The notes under the pieces: generated by a model
Database searches by the model: none
What the model saw: only the letters and a program-made list of their open reading frames with translations
Told to the model about the DNA's origin: nothing
Shown here: one piece after another, positions 38,945 to 47,763 of the stretch
How the letters are laid out: each line of letters opens with the position of its first letter
Position numbering within the stretch: position 1 is the stretch's first letter
Made by a program: the position numbers and the translations under genes
Virus record (IMG/VR): IMGVR_UViG_3300013132_000023
Span: 32,001-96,000 of that record
Origin: a virus
Length of the DNA stretch: 64,000 nucleotides
Strand: one strand, 5' to 3'

Positions 38945-40085
38945 GATTAGAGTCGTACATCATAGTAAGACTGTTGGTTACAGTGGTACTGATCGTACTG
39001 CTCAGCTTTTTTGTAAGTATCTATCGCGTAGCGAGAAGTATGAACCCTTTTTAATTTACAGACTTGACGACGCAGCTAATACTCGTCTAGATATCGCTCG
39101 TCAATGGCTGGGTGAGGATCACGTTATTGACTATAAATGGAATCCGGGAAAGACTGGTCGTCAGTCTCCTTTTATGCCCGAACACGACAACATGTATGAA
39201 GTGCTATCTGAGATCAATCCTCAGATTGTTCATCTGCATCGTAGTGGTTACGCCGAGTGGCCTGGGTTTCGTTATTTAGCTCCTAGAGCAAAGTGGGTTG
39301 AGACGAACATTTTTGGTTATAGAGACAACACTCCAGAGCGACAGATTGATTTGAATATTTACATTTCTGAATACATTCGTCAACGTGCTCTTGATGCCGG
39401 TGGTCACGATGGTCCAGTTCTTTACAATCCGGTTGAGCAGCCAGCTTTTGACATTACGCTTGCTAACAAGGAAGCTGCTCGTGAATCACTCTTGTCGATG
39501 TACAAGATTCCTCATAATGCCGTTTTGCTTGGTCGCGTTGGCCGTCCCGATAACTTTGATCCTATTTCGTTGCGTGCTTTTGCTGTACTTGAAAAGATAT
39601 GTCCTGAGGCGTGGTATGTCGTAATTAACCCTTGTGAGGGTTGGTATCAAGAAGCTAGTAGACTTGGTATTAAGAACATTCGGTTTGGCGGTCCTATTAT
39701 AGATGATCGTCAGTTGTCGGAATTCTATTATGGCCTTGACATTTATGCCCATGCACGTCATGATGGAGAGTGTTGTCCTTGTAACATTCAAGAGGCAATG
39801 ATGCATGGTCTTCCAGTTGTGTCACACGAGAGCGGCATTTACAACGGTCAATCCGAAATCATTGGAGACGCTGGTTTCGTAGTTCCTATTGGAGATCATG
39901 AAGCATATCGTGACGTTCTAGTTAACCTCGTTAACGATCCAGAAATGGCGACCGAAGACGAGAAGGGACGTGTACGGCTACGCGATTACTTTGGACGTGC
40001 CGCTCGTCGTCGTGCTATGCGATATTTTGAAGCTGAAACGATTACTAAGCAATTAGAACAATTCTATGACATGGTATTAAAATGA
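38937..40085 (+). CDS. GT4-family glycosyltransferase (paralog of 37811-38944)
   Basis: Shares HRSGY.E.P, VETN.FG, NPVE, GR.GRPDN and DIYAHAR.DGE with the upstream gene; ECCPCNIQEAMMHGLPVV. Start ATG 38937 behind GAGG. Confidence 0.88.
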   Translation: MNKIRVVHHSKTVGYSGTDRTAQLFCKYLSRSEKYEPFLIYRLDDAANTRLDIARQWLGEDHVIDYKWNPGKTGRQSPFMPEHDNMYEVLSEINPQIVHLHRSGYAEWPGFRYLAPRAKWVETNIFGYRDNTPERQIDLNIYISEYIRQRALDAGGHDGPVLYNPVEQPAFDITLANKEAARESLLSMYKIPHNAVLLGRVGRPDNFDPISLRAFAVLEKICPEAWYVVINPCEGWYQEASRLGIKNIRFGGPIIDDRQLSEFYYGLDIYAHARHDGECCPCNIQEAMMHGLPVVSHESGIYNGQSEIIGDAGFVVPIGDHEAYRDVLVNLVNDPEMATEDEKGRVRLRDYFGRAARRRAMRYFEAETITKQLEQFYDMVLK

Positions 40086-40330
40086 AACTGAATACTATTG
40101 TATTAAATAACTGGGAAAAGAATATTGACCTTGCTTTAAAAACGGGTAAGGGGCGTTTTGGTGGTTGTACTTTTGTATGTGATATTTTTGCTTATAAGAA
40201 GATTATTGACATGATTAGAAAAGGTCAATATAAGAAAGCTTATAATTTTGCATATGATCTAGATACACATGCCAGAGAACAGATTCCTATGACTATTTGG
40301 TCTTTTTTGGACACCCATGAAGATAATTAG
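40082..40330 (+). CDS. small hypothetical protein in an AT-rich patch
   Basis: 82-aa ORF overlapping both neighbours. Confidence 0.55.
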   Translation: MKLNTIVLNNWEKNIDLALKTGKGRFGGCTFVCDIFAYKKIIDMIRKGQYKKAYNFAYDLDTHAREQIPMTIWSFLDTHEDN

Positions 40331-41003
40331 TTTTTCGCTTTGGGGAAATGATCCTAAGTATTGCATTGGAGCTTTGCGTAATGCGGAGTTAGCTCAACGT
40401 ATTTATCCAGATTGGATTTGTCGGTTTCATGTTGCTAATACGACAGTAAATTTTCCCTCTGTTGTATTTCAATTATCAGACATGCCAAACGTCGAAATTG
40501 TTAAACTTGACAATTATCGTGCTAATTGGGGTTTGATGTTGGCTCGTTTAGAACCAGCTAGGGATGATAATGTTGAAGTCATGATCAGTAGAGATTGTGA
40601 TTCTCGTTTATCTCAAAGAGAAAAATTAGCCGTGGACGAATGGCTTGCAAGTGATAAGTTATTTCATACTATGCACGATCATCCATTTCATTCTGTACCT
40701 ATTTTAGGCGGCATGTTTGGTTTAAAGTGTCGTAATATTCCTGCTATTGAATTTCCGCATCAAGCCCACGAGTGGTTTATTCAACACGAAGAAAGATGGC
40801 AAGTAGATCAAGATTTTTTAACCCAAAAAGTTTGGTCTATCGTAAAAGATTCTTGCATGAATCATGACGATTTTTATCGTCACATTTGGGGCGGTAAGCC
40901 ATTTCCTAGTCCACGTAACGGACTAGAGTTTGTTGGTCAGGTCTTTGATGAAAACGAAAACACTGTTGCAGAACACCTAACAGCATTAGCAAAAGCATTA
41001 TGA
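40317..41003 (+). CDS. putative GT-A-fold glycosyltransferase-like protein
   Basis: KIISFSLWG..PKY..GA, SRDCDSR (DxD), FHTMHDHPFH, ILGGMFG, DQDFL. Glycosyltransferase activity is inferred from the DxD and DQ motifs plus gene context. Confidence 0.6.
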   Translation: MKIISFSLWGNDPKYCIGALRNAELAQRIYPDWICRFHVANTTVNFPSVVFQLSDMPNVEIVKLDNYRANWGLMLARLEPARDDNVEVMISRDCDSRLSQREKLAVDEWLASDKLFHTMHDHPFHSVPILGGMFGLKCRNIPAIEFPHQAHEWFIQHEERWQVDQDFLTQKVWSIVKDSCMNHDDFYRHIWGGKPFPSPRNGLEFVGQVFDENENTVAEHLTALAKAL

Positions 41004-42040
41004 AAGCATTGTCATTTGATGATATCTCACTTGTGCCGCGATACAACAATATCGCGTCCCGTAAGGACGTTGACACTAGTATTCAGTTTGGTCCATCGAA
41101 GTTGCGTATTCCTGTTTTGTCTTCAAACATGGATACTGTGACTGGAGCCGTAATGGCCAAAAAGATGTACGAACTTGGCGGTATTGGTTTTCTTCATAGG
41201 TTTTGTACCATTGAACATAATGTTGAAATGTATCTTGCTAGTACGACACCGTTTGCTTCGGACACGGTTCGTCGTGCTGTAGTGTCTCTTGGTGTTAATG
41301 AGGGTTTGAATCGATTTAAGGCTTTATATAGAGTTGGTGCTCGTTATTTTTGTATCGATATTGCACATGGTCATTCTCAAGCTGTAGGCGATACAATTAA
41401 AGCTATTAAGGAATTTTACGGTGATGCTTATGTAATCGCTGGAAATGTTTGTACAGTTGATGGAGCACTATTTTTGACTGAATGTGGAGCAGATGCTATT
41501 AAGGTTGGCATTGGTCCAGGGAGCGTTTGTACTACTCGTCTTAAGACTGGCTTTGGTGTTCCTCAATTTACTGCTATTAGAGAATGTCGAAATGTCGGTG
41601 CGTTTATTATTGCCGATGGTGGTATTCGTACGCCGGGCGACGCTGTAAAGGCTTTTGTAGCTGGGGCTGATGCTGTTATGTTGGGTGGCATGTTGTCTGG
41701 TACCGACGAAACCCCTGGTGAACTAGTCCAAGATCGTAAGCTAGACGGAACACCCATCGCTAGTTATCATAAGTCATTTCGAGGAATGGCATCAAAAGAA
41801 GCTCAAGAAGATTACATGGGTTTCATGAACGACTGGAAGACAGCCGAAGGTATCGAAATTAAGGTCAAGGCTAAGGGGCCAGTAGAAAATGTATTGGCTG
41901 ACTTAATGGGTGGCATTCGTTCTGGTATGACATATTGTGGTGCAAACAACCTACGTCAACTGCGTGAACGTGCTGATTGGGTTGAAATCACGGCGTTTGG
42001 TCGTGCAGAAGGATTGCCACATGGAGAAGGAAGACTATGA
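41000..42040 (+). CDS. IMP dehydrogenase / GMP reductase family enzyme without CBS domains (GMP reductase favoured)
   Basis: [39 protein letters not shown] (catalytic Cys), [28 protein letters not shown]; the flap lacks the Arg-Tyr dyad of IMPDH. Confidence 0.9.
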   Translation: MKALSFDDISLVPRYNNIASRKDVDTSIQFGPSKLRIPVLSSNMDTVTGAVMAKKMYELGGIGFLHRFCTIEHNVEMYLASTTPFASDTVRRAVVSLGVNEGLNRFKALYRVGARYFCIDIAHGHSQAVGDTIKAIKEFYGDAYVIAGNVCTVDGALFLTECGADAIKVGIGPGSVCTTRLKTGFGVPQFTAIRECRNVGAFIIADGGIRTPGDAVKAFVAGADAVMLGGMLSGTDETPGELVQDRKLDGTPIASYHKSFRGMASKEAQEDYMGFMNDWKTAEGIEIKVKAKGPVENVLADLMGGIRSGMTYCGANNLRQLRERADWVEITAFGRAEGLPHGEGRL

Positions 42041-42936
42041 AGATCCTGGTTTCATACAGAGGCATTCCTCAGTCTCCAGGTTGGGCGACTGGCGATATGG
42101 TTGTCAAAGCGTTTCGTGCTTTGGGGCACGAAGCTTATCCGTTTGCCAAGTTCTATCAAGAAAATCGCTGGGTTCCCGAACGTCCTTTATTGGACGAGCA
42201 CGAGTGGGACTTAATTCTTTTTATGGAATGCAACGACGGAGATCCGCAATATACGGAGCTACGTGTAACACGAGCACGTAAGACTGCTTGCTGGCTTTTT
42301 GACACGAGTTATCATCAAGATCGTTATCGTAGACTTGTGGATTACTTCGGTTTCAATCACATTTTTCTAGCTAATCCTCTGACTATTCAAGAATACAAGG
42401 TATGGGGTTATGACAATGTACACTATCTCCCTTATGCATGCAGTCGTGAATTACCTGTACGTTCATTGGAATATCCCAAGTCCCGTGACGTGGTGCTTGT
42501 TGGTTCTATTCGGGACGATAGGATTGCTTTGGCTCGCGGCCTCAGTGGGCATGGTGTCAATCTAGAATTGGTTGGTGGCGTCTTCCGCGAACAATACATT
42601 GATGCCTTGGCGTCCGCTAAGATCGTTGTCAATCATAATCCCGAGGCTGGTCGTGGACTTCTAAATATGCGATTCTTTGAAGCTCCGGCGGCTGGTGCAT
42701 TGTTGTTTACAGAACACGTTGATAACGAATGCAATTTAGAATACGGCCTACAGCCAATCGCGTTTCCCTATGAATCTCTAGCAGAAGCCGGAGCATTCAT
42801 CAAGCAGTTCATCAGTCAACCGGAGCATCTACTAGACATGCGACGTGTTGCACAGGAACGTGTATTCGAATATCATACGTACGACAATCGTTGTCGCACG
42901 CTTCTTGAAACGGTTTTTCCAAATGAAAGAATCTGA
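42037..42936 (+). CDS. CgeB-like (Glyco_trans_1_2) glycosyltransferase
   Basis: YLPYAC, DVVLVGS, AKIVVN, LNMRFFEAPAAG, HTYDNR. Confidence 0.8.
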   Translation: MKILVSYRGIPQSPGWATGDMVVKAFRALGHEAYPFAKFYQENRWVPERPLLDEHEWDLILFMECNDGDPQYTELRVTRARKTACWLFDTSYHQDRYRRLVDYFGFNHIFLANPLTIQEYKVWGYDNVHYLPYACSRELPVRSLEYPKSRDVVLVGSIRDDRIALARGLSGHGVNLELVGGVFREQYIDALASAKIVVNHNPEAGRGLLNMRFFEAPAAGALLFTEHVDNECNLEYGLQPIAFPYESLAEAGAFIKQFISQPEHLLDMRRVAQERVFEYHTYDNRCRTLLETVFPNERI

Positions 42937-43591
42937 TACTATTAGCGTTTTGGTTTGTGTTCATAGTCGTGATCGTGAACATGATCGTCTTTTACAGCGT
43001 GCCTTAGAGTCGCTTGTAAGACAGACGTATTCCAATTTTGAAACCATATTAGTTCTTGATGAGTGTTGGGAAGATACTAAGGGGCTTGTTGAAAGCTACG
43101 CAGAAGTTCTCAACATGAGAATCTTTGAACGTCCACACAAGCAGGGGTTAGCTATTGCAAAAAACTTTGGTTTAGCACGATGCGGTGGCGATTGGGTTGC
43201 GTATCTCGATGCTGACGATCAATGGCTTGAGTGCAAGCTTGAAATTCAACGTCAGTGCATGATTGATATGCCGGAAGCTACTGATTTTTGTGGTACTGAA
43301 GCATGGGACTTGGACGAGCAAGGAATGCGTCCTAACTGCTTTAAGGTAGGTCAATATCAAACACACGAACAAATTGCAGCACGTTTGTTGCACGAAAATG
43401 TCATGTGTCATGGTAGTATGATGATTCGTAAGTCAGCTATCGATACTTTGAATGGCTATTCTGAAAGTCGTTCTTTGCTCGGTAGAGAAGATTGGGATTT
43501 GTGGCAGCGTGCCGTCCGTGCGGGATTCCGTTTTTACAAAGTTCCCGAACGTCTCTATGTCTATTCGCTCGGAACGAGCGTTCCTCGCTAA
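42923..43591 (+). CDS. GT2-family glycosyltransferase
   Basis: ISVLVCV, ALESLVRQTYSNFE, AKNFGL, YLDADDQW, EDWDLW. Start ATG 42923. Confidence 0.9.
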   Translation: MKESDTISVLVCVHSRDREHDRLLQRALESLVRQTYSNFETILVLDECWEDTKGLVESYAEVLNMRIFERPHKQGLAIAKNFGLARCGGDWVAYLDADDQWLECKLEIQRQCMIDMPEATDFCGTEAWDLDEQGMRPNCFKVGQYQTHEQIAARLLHENVMCHGSMMIRKSAIDTLNGYSESRSLLGREDWDLWQRAVRAGFRFYKVPERLYVYSLGTSVPR

Positions 43592-43592
43592 C

Positions 43593-44549
43593 ATGAAAAA
43601 CGTACTGTACGTAGGATTGATGTACAACTATGGAAAGCCCCAGGAGGGCTATTCGTACGAGTATATGAACATTGAGGCTGGGTTCAAGGATTGTGCTCAG
43701 CGTGGTATGTTTGAAGTGGATTACTGGCATCCGGATAAAGCTCAGGCTGTGCCGATTGTAACCGAATACGATGCCATCTTCCATGTCGCCTTCAATGAAT
43801 CACTCGACCTACCTGAGGGCGTTGCGAAGCTAGCCCTCAGACAAGACATTCCCGTAATTCAATGGGACTGTGATTCGTCATGGAGATTTTCAAGCTGGAT
43901 CTTGCCGCGTAAAGATCGCGTGAGTCATTTCGTAACCACACATTCTGCTACAGTACCGTGGTATCAACAAAATGGCATGAAGGTTATTCGATCACAGTGG
44001 GGTGGTTCTCCTCTGTATAAGAGGGAGTCGCTTAGCAAGATCTATGACCTGAGTTTTGTTGGTCAGAAACATGGCCGAATGCCAGATGGTCGTTTCTTGC
44101 GTTCAGAGATTGTTAATGCACTTATGGCCGCAGGCTTACGTGTTGATCTCTTCGGCAATTATTGGGATGGATATCAAAACTGGCACGGCTATGCTACTCA
44201 TTTCGAGACGATCATTAATGCCTTTAACGAGAGTCGTATCTGTTTAAACTTATCGAATCCTTGGCATCACAATACTATGCCACAAATCAAGGGGCGTCAT
44301 TTTGAGATTCCTCAGGTTGGTGGTTTTCAGTTATGTACGCCCGCTGACGATTTAGAGTCATACTTTGTCGAAGACAAAGAAATTGTGATTGCACGCTCGA
44401 TAGGAGAGCTTGTAGAAAAAGCACGTTACTACCTTGATCATGAGCAAGAACGCGAAATAATTGCTGAGGCCGGTTATCAGCGTATGCTTAAGGAACATCA
44501 GTGGCACCATAGACTTGAAGCATTGTTTAAGGAAGTTGGTGTATTATGA
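43593..44549 (+). CDS. CgeB-like (Glyco_trans_1_2) glycosyltransferase
   Basis: YDLSFVGQ, SRICLN, QIKGRHFEIPQVGGFQL, YYLDHEQEREIIAEAGYQR...EHQWHHR. Start ATG 43593. Confidence 0.82.
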   Translation: MKNVLYVGLMYNYGKPQEGYSYEYMNIEAGFKDCAQRGMFEVDYWHPDKAQAVPIVTEYDAIFHVAFNESLDLPEGVAKLALRQDIPVIQWDCDSSWRFSSWILPRKDRVSHFVTTHSATVPWYQQNGMKVIRSQWGGSPLYKRESLSKIYDLSFVGQKHGRMPDGRFLRSEIVNALMAAGLRVDLFGNYWDGYQNWHGYATHFETIINAFNESRICLNLSNPWHHNTMPQIKGRHFEIPQVGGFQLCTPADDLESYFVEDKEIVIARSIGELVEKARYYLDHEQEREIIAEAGYQRMLKEHQWHHRLEALFKEVGVL

Positions 44550-44713
44550 GCGATTGTTTTTGGGAAGGCTTTGACGCTTTTAAGAGTGGTCATGACATTA
44601 ATCAAAATCCGTATCCAGAAGATGCTCCTGAACACGAAGAATGGCGGGATGGTTGGTTAGCTGGAGACATGGATCAAAATCTAAACGAAGAGGACGATAC
44701 AAGGCCGTGGTAA
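44546..44713 (+). CDS. ribosome modulation factor (Rmf/CrpP)-like small protein, absent from the ORF track
   Basis: Hand translation: MSDCFWEGFDAFKSGHDINQNPYPEDAPEHEEWRDGWLAGDMDQNLNEEDDTRPW* (55 aa). The G(F/Y)xA..xG...(N/C)PY...WxxGW signature matches RMF; ATGA-coupled to the upstream gene. Confidence 0.7.
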   Translation: MSDCFWEGFDAFKSGHDINQNPYPEDAPEHEEWRDGWLAGDMDQNLNEEDDTRPW

Positions 44714-45354
44714 AAGGATACAACAAATTTAAGGGTACTCTTGACAATCATGACTTCATGACTCAAGAGCACATTGCGGGTTTTTTACGAAACCATAGAA
44801 CTGGTACTGATAACCTGGGGCGTCAGACGTTGGCTCGTATTGTTGCAACGTACGACAATCCTACCGTTGTAGACGCTGCGTGCGGTACTTGCGTTAATTG
44901 GGAGGTTTTAAAGAACGCTGGAGTTCGGTGTCAATACACGGGCGTTGATCGCACCGAAGGCATGCTTGCCGAGGCGGCTCGACGTTATCCTGAAATCAAA
45001 TTACTCCCAGGATACGTTCAAGAGTTACCATTGCCTGATGGTGCGAGTGATATCGTAATCATGCGACACATCTTGGAACATTTACAAGAGGGGTACGAGA
45101 ACGCTATCCGTGAAGGTTTACGTGTAGCTTCAAAAGAACTTATTGTTGTGTTTTTTCTTGATCCTTCTGATGCAAACGAAGACAAGATAGAAGAGTCTCA
45201 ACCAGATGAAAATGGCTGTACTTACTGGTGGAATACATATAGCTGGTCCAAATTCACCCAATTCATTGCTGAACTTGGGCTCCAAATGAAGGTAGGACAC
45301 GTTATTACTCCAGGAGCCGCACATGCCGACACAATCGTACGTATCATCAAATGA
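44707..45354 (+). CDS. class I SAM-dependent methyltransferase
   Basis: VVDAACGT, YTGVD, LPLPDGASDIVIMRHILEHL. Start most likely GTG 44707 overlapping the upstream stop (ATG 44758 is an alternative). Confidence 0.85.
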   Translation: MVKGYNKFKGTLDNHDFMTQEHIAGFLRNHRTGTDNLGRQTLARIVATYDNPTVVDAACGTCVNWEVLKNAGVRCQYTGVDRTEGMLAEAARRYPEIKLLPGYVQELPLPDGASDIVIMRHILEHLQEGYENAIREGLRVASKELIVVFFLDPSDANEDKIEESQPDENGCTYWWNTYSWSKFTQFIAELGLQMKVGHVITPGAAHADTIVRIIK

Positions 45355-45884
45355 AGCTCAATCTTGCTAGCCACGGGGATGAGATCCCTGGATACATCAG
45401 TGTGGACTTCGATCACCCGACCGCTCAGGTGCGAGCGGACGTGACCGATCTTCCGTTTTCCGCCGAATCCGTTGACGAGATCTTGGCGTTTCATATCCTA
45501 GAGCATTTCCGTGCTGGGGACTATGAGCCACATTTGTCCAATCCACTCAATCCCAAAACGGCTAAGCAAGCTCTTGTGGAATGGCAAAGAGTTTTGAAGC
45601 CGGGTGGCAAACTACAAATCAAAGTACCTGATTTCGAAAAGATTGTTTGGCTCTATTACAATTTTCCACAATGGACAAGGGCTGAGTCTTCGGTTAACGC
45701 ACCATTTGGTAACTATTCTGATTGGATTGTATCTAATGGGCAACATCAGTGTCTTTTTAACAAACAAACCATGAAGAGACTGCTCGAAATGACTGGCTTT
45801 ACGCGTATTGAATTTGTTGACGGCGATCCTCAAGCGGTCGTTAGTCGTACTAATCTTGAAATGCATGTCGTGTGTTACAAATGA
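45351..45884 (+). CDS. Methyltransf_11-like SAM-dependent methyltransferase
   Basis: KLNLASHG, GYISVD, DVTDLPFSAESVDEI...HILEHF, EWQRVLKPGG. Confidence 0.85.
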   Translation: MKLNLASHGDEIPGYISVDFDHPTAQVRADVTDLPFSAESVDEILAFHILEHFRAGDYEPHLSNPLNPKTAKQALVEWQRVLKPGGKLQIKVPDFEKIVWLYYNFPQWTRAESSVNAPFGNYSDWIVSNGQHQCLFNKQTMKRLLEMTGFTRIEFVDGDPQAVVSRTNLEMHVVCYK

Positions 45885-46702
45885 AGCTACTCGATTTTCG
45901 TTCAAACTATACTAGTCAATGTGGACAAGATGGTGTCTTGGCCAAGGTGTTTGATGTTCTAGGTATTCGTTCTGGATACTGTGTTGAGTTTGGAGCCTGG
46001 GACGGACTATATCTTTCTAACACAAGACAATGGTTACAGAGTCCGCAATTCTCTGGCTGTCTCATTGAGGGCGACCATGTTCGGTTTCAAGCACTCAAAA
46101 AGCTTTACGGTACACGAACAGACGTGCATACCATTAATACGTTTGTAAGTATTGATGGTGAGAATTCGTTAGATAGTATTTTGCAACGCGTTGGGGCACC
46201 AGTTGACTTTGATTTGTTGTCAATTGATATCGATTGCGACGACTATCATATTTGGAGTTCGCTGCAACATTTTAAGCCTAAGTTAGTTCTTATTGAAACA
46301 AATCCGTACATTCCATTTTACGTTGAGTATGTTCAAAAGAAGAACCTAGGTCGTTATCCAATTGGGGCAAGCGTTGTTAGCATGTACAAGTTGGCCATTG
46401 CTAAAGGGTATCAGCCTATTTGTTACATTGGACACGACTGGTTGTGTTTACGCAAAGATCTACTACCTGCGTTTGATCTTGATACTATGGCTTGTATTCC
46501 AATGTTTTTAGCCGGATCAGATGTTCGCAACAACGATCTCATGGCTCATGGAAACATTATTCCGTTGCCTACTGGTCCAGCAAGTGAGCGGCAAGTCAAT
46601 ATCAACGATATCGTTTATCGTGGTATTGCACCATCCTTTGAAGAGTTCGCACAAGAATTTCGAGTTTTGACTTCACCGAGTGATTTTGCCAGTCTCCTTT
46701 AA
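45881..46702 (+). CDS. FkbM-like methyltransferase
   Basis: SQCGQDGVL, CVEFGAWDG..LSNT, LIEGD, FDLLSIDIDCDDY, PKLVLIE.N. Start ATG 45881 (ATGA overlap). Confidence 0.8.
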   Translation: MKLLDFRSNYTSQCGQDGVLAKVFDVLGIRSGYCVEFGAWDGLYLSNTRQWLQSPQFSGCLIEGDHVRFQALKKLYGTRTDVHTINTFVSIDGENSLDSILQRVGAPVDFDLLSIDIDCDDYHIWSSLQHFKPKLVLIETNPYIPFYVEYVQKKNLGRYPIGASVVSMYKLAIAKGYQPICYIGHDWLCLRKDLLPAFDLDTMACIPMFLAGSDVRNNDLMAHGNIIPLPTGPASERQVNINDIVYRGIAPSFEEFAQEFRVLTSPSDFASLL

Positions 46703-46761
46703 AGCATAATAAAAGGCAAAAATTACTCAACACATTACCTATTTGAGGACATAATACAGTT

Positions 46762-47763
46762 ATGCGAGTTTTGGTTACTGGTGGCAATGGGTTTGTAGGT
46801 AAGCACGTCGTGAAAGAGCTTAAGGCTCGTGGTCATGATGTTATTGCCCCCACTAGACAGGAAATGCCTCTTTTGATTCCGAGAACATGGCTTCCGAATA
46901 AAGACAACTCCGATCAAATGTGCTATAGCGGTGCTTATGGTATAGCTATTGATTTTGTACAGCGTAAGATTGACGCTGTAGTACACTTAGCCGCTACGTG
47001 TGGGGGCATTGGAATCAACAAAGACAATCCAGGTCGCTTCATTTATGAGAACCTTCAAATGGGCATTAACGTCCTAGAAGGAGCACATCTTGCCAACGTC
47101 AAGAAGGTTGTCAATCTCGGTACTGTATGTGCTTATCCGAAGTTTACTGAAATTCCATTTCGAGAAGATGACATCTGGAATGGTTATCCCGAAGAAACTA
47201 ATGCTCCATATGGTATCGCCAAGAAGACCGTCATGGAAATGGGTATTGCCTACGCGAAGCAATACGGCATGAATGTGACCAACCTTGTGCCCGTCAACAT
47301 GGCGGGTGAGTTTGACCACTTTGACCTTTACAGCAGTCACGTCATTCCGGCTATCATCAAGAAGTTTGAGGCTCCGTTGGTCGATGAGAAATGTCAGTTT
47401 GATTTCTCTCCTCAGAACTATCCCAAGAAGTATGTAGAGCTTTGGGGAACTGGCCGTGCGTCACGCGAGTTTTTGTATGCTGGCGATTGTGCGAGAGCCA
47501 TCGCCCTCAGTCTTGAGAAGGATACAGGACCGGAGCCTATCAACCTCGGCACCGGCCAAGAGATCACCATTCAAGCACTTGCTGAATTGATTAAACGTAT
47601 TGGTGGATACGACGCCGATATCGTATGGGTATCGTCCAAGCCCGATGGACAGCCGAGGCGTTGTCTCGATACAAGTCGTGCTAAGCAAGTTTTGGGGTGG
47701 GAAGCTATTACTTCGATTGAAGAAATTCTAGAAAAGACAATTAGTTGGTATAGAGCACAATGA
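46762..47763 (+). CDS. fcl: GDP-L-fucose synthase
   Basis: VTGGNGFVG, HLAATCGGI, LGTVCAYPK, GYPEETNAPYGIAKK, SHVIPAII, WGTGRASREFLY, KPDGQPRRCLD. Confidence 0.93.
   Translation: MRVLVTGGNGFVGKHVVKELKARGHDVIAPTRQEMPLLIPRTWLPNKDNSDQMCYSGAYGIAIDFVQRKIDAVVHLAATCGGIGINKDNPGRFIYENLQMGINVLEGAHLANVKKVVNLGTVCAYPKFTEIPFREDDIWNGYPEETNAPYGIAKKTVMEMGIAYAKQYGMNVTNLVPVNMAGEFDHFDLYSSHVIPAIIKKFEAPLVDEKCQFDFSPQNYPKKYVELWGTGRASREFLYAGDCARAIALSLEKDTGPEPINLGTGQEITIQALAELIKRIGGYDADIVWVSSKPDGQPRRCLDTSRAKQVLGWEAITSIEEILEKTISWYRAQ

Noticed and set aside
46727-46755. Possible promoter before fcl (TCAACA-N17-CATAAT)
   Set aside because: The -35 match is weak (4 of 6) in an AT-rich gap and a GAGGA site offers an alternative explanation, so it was not called.
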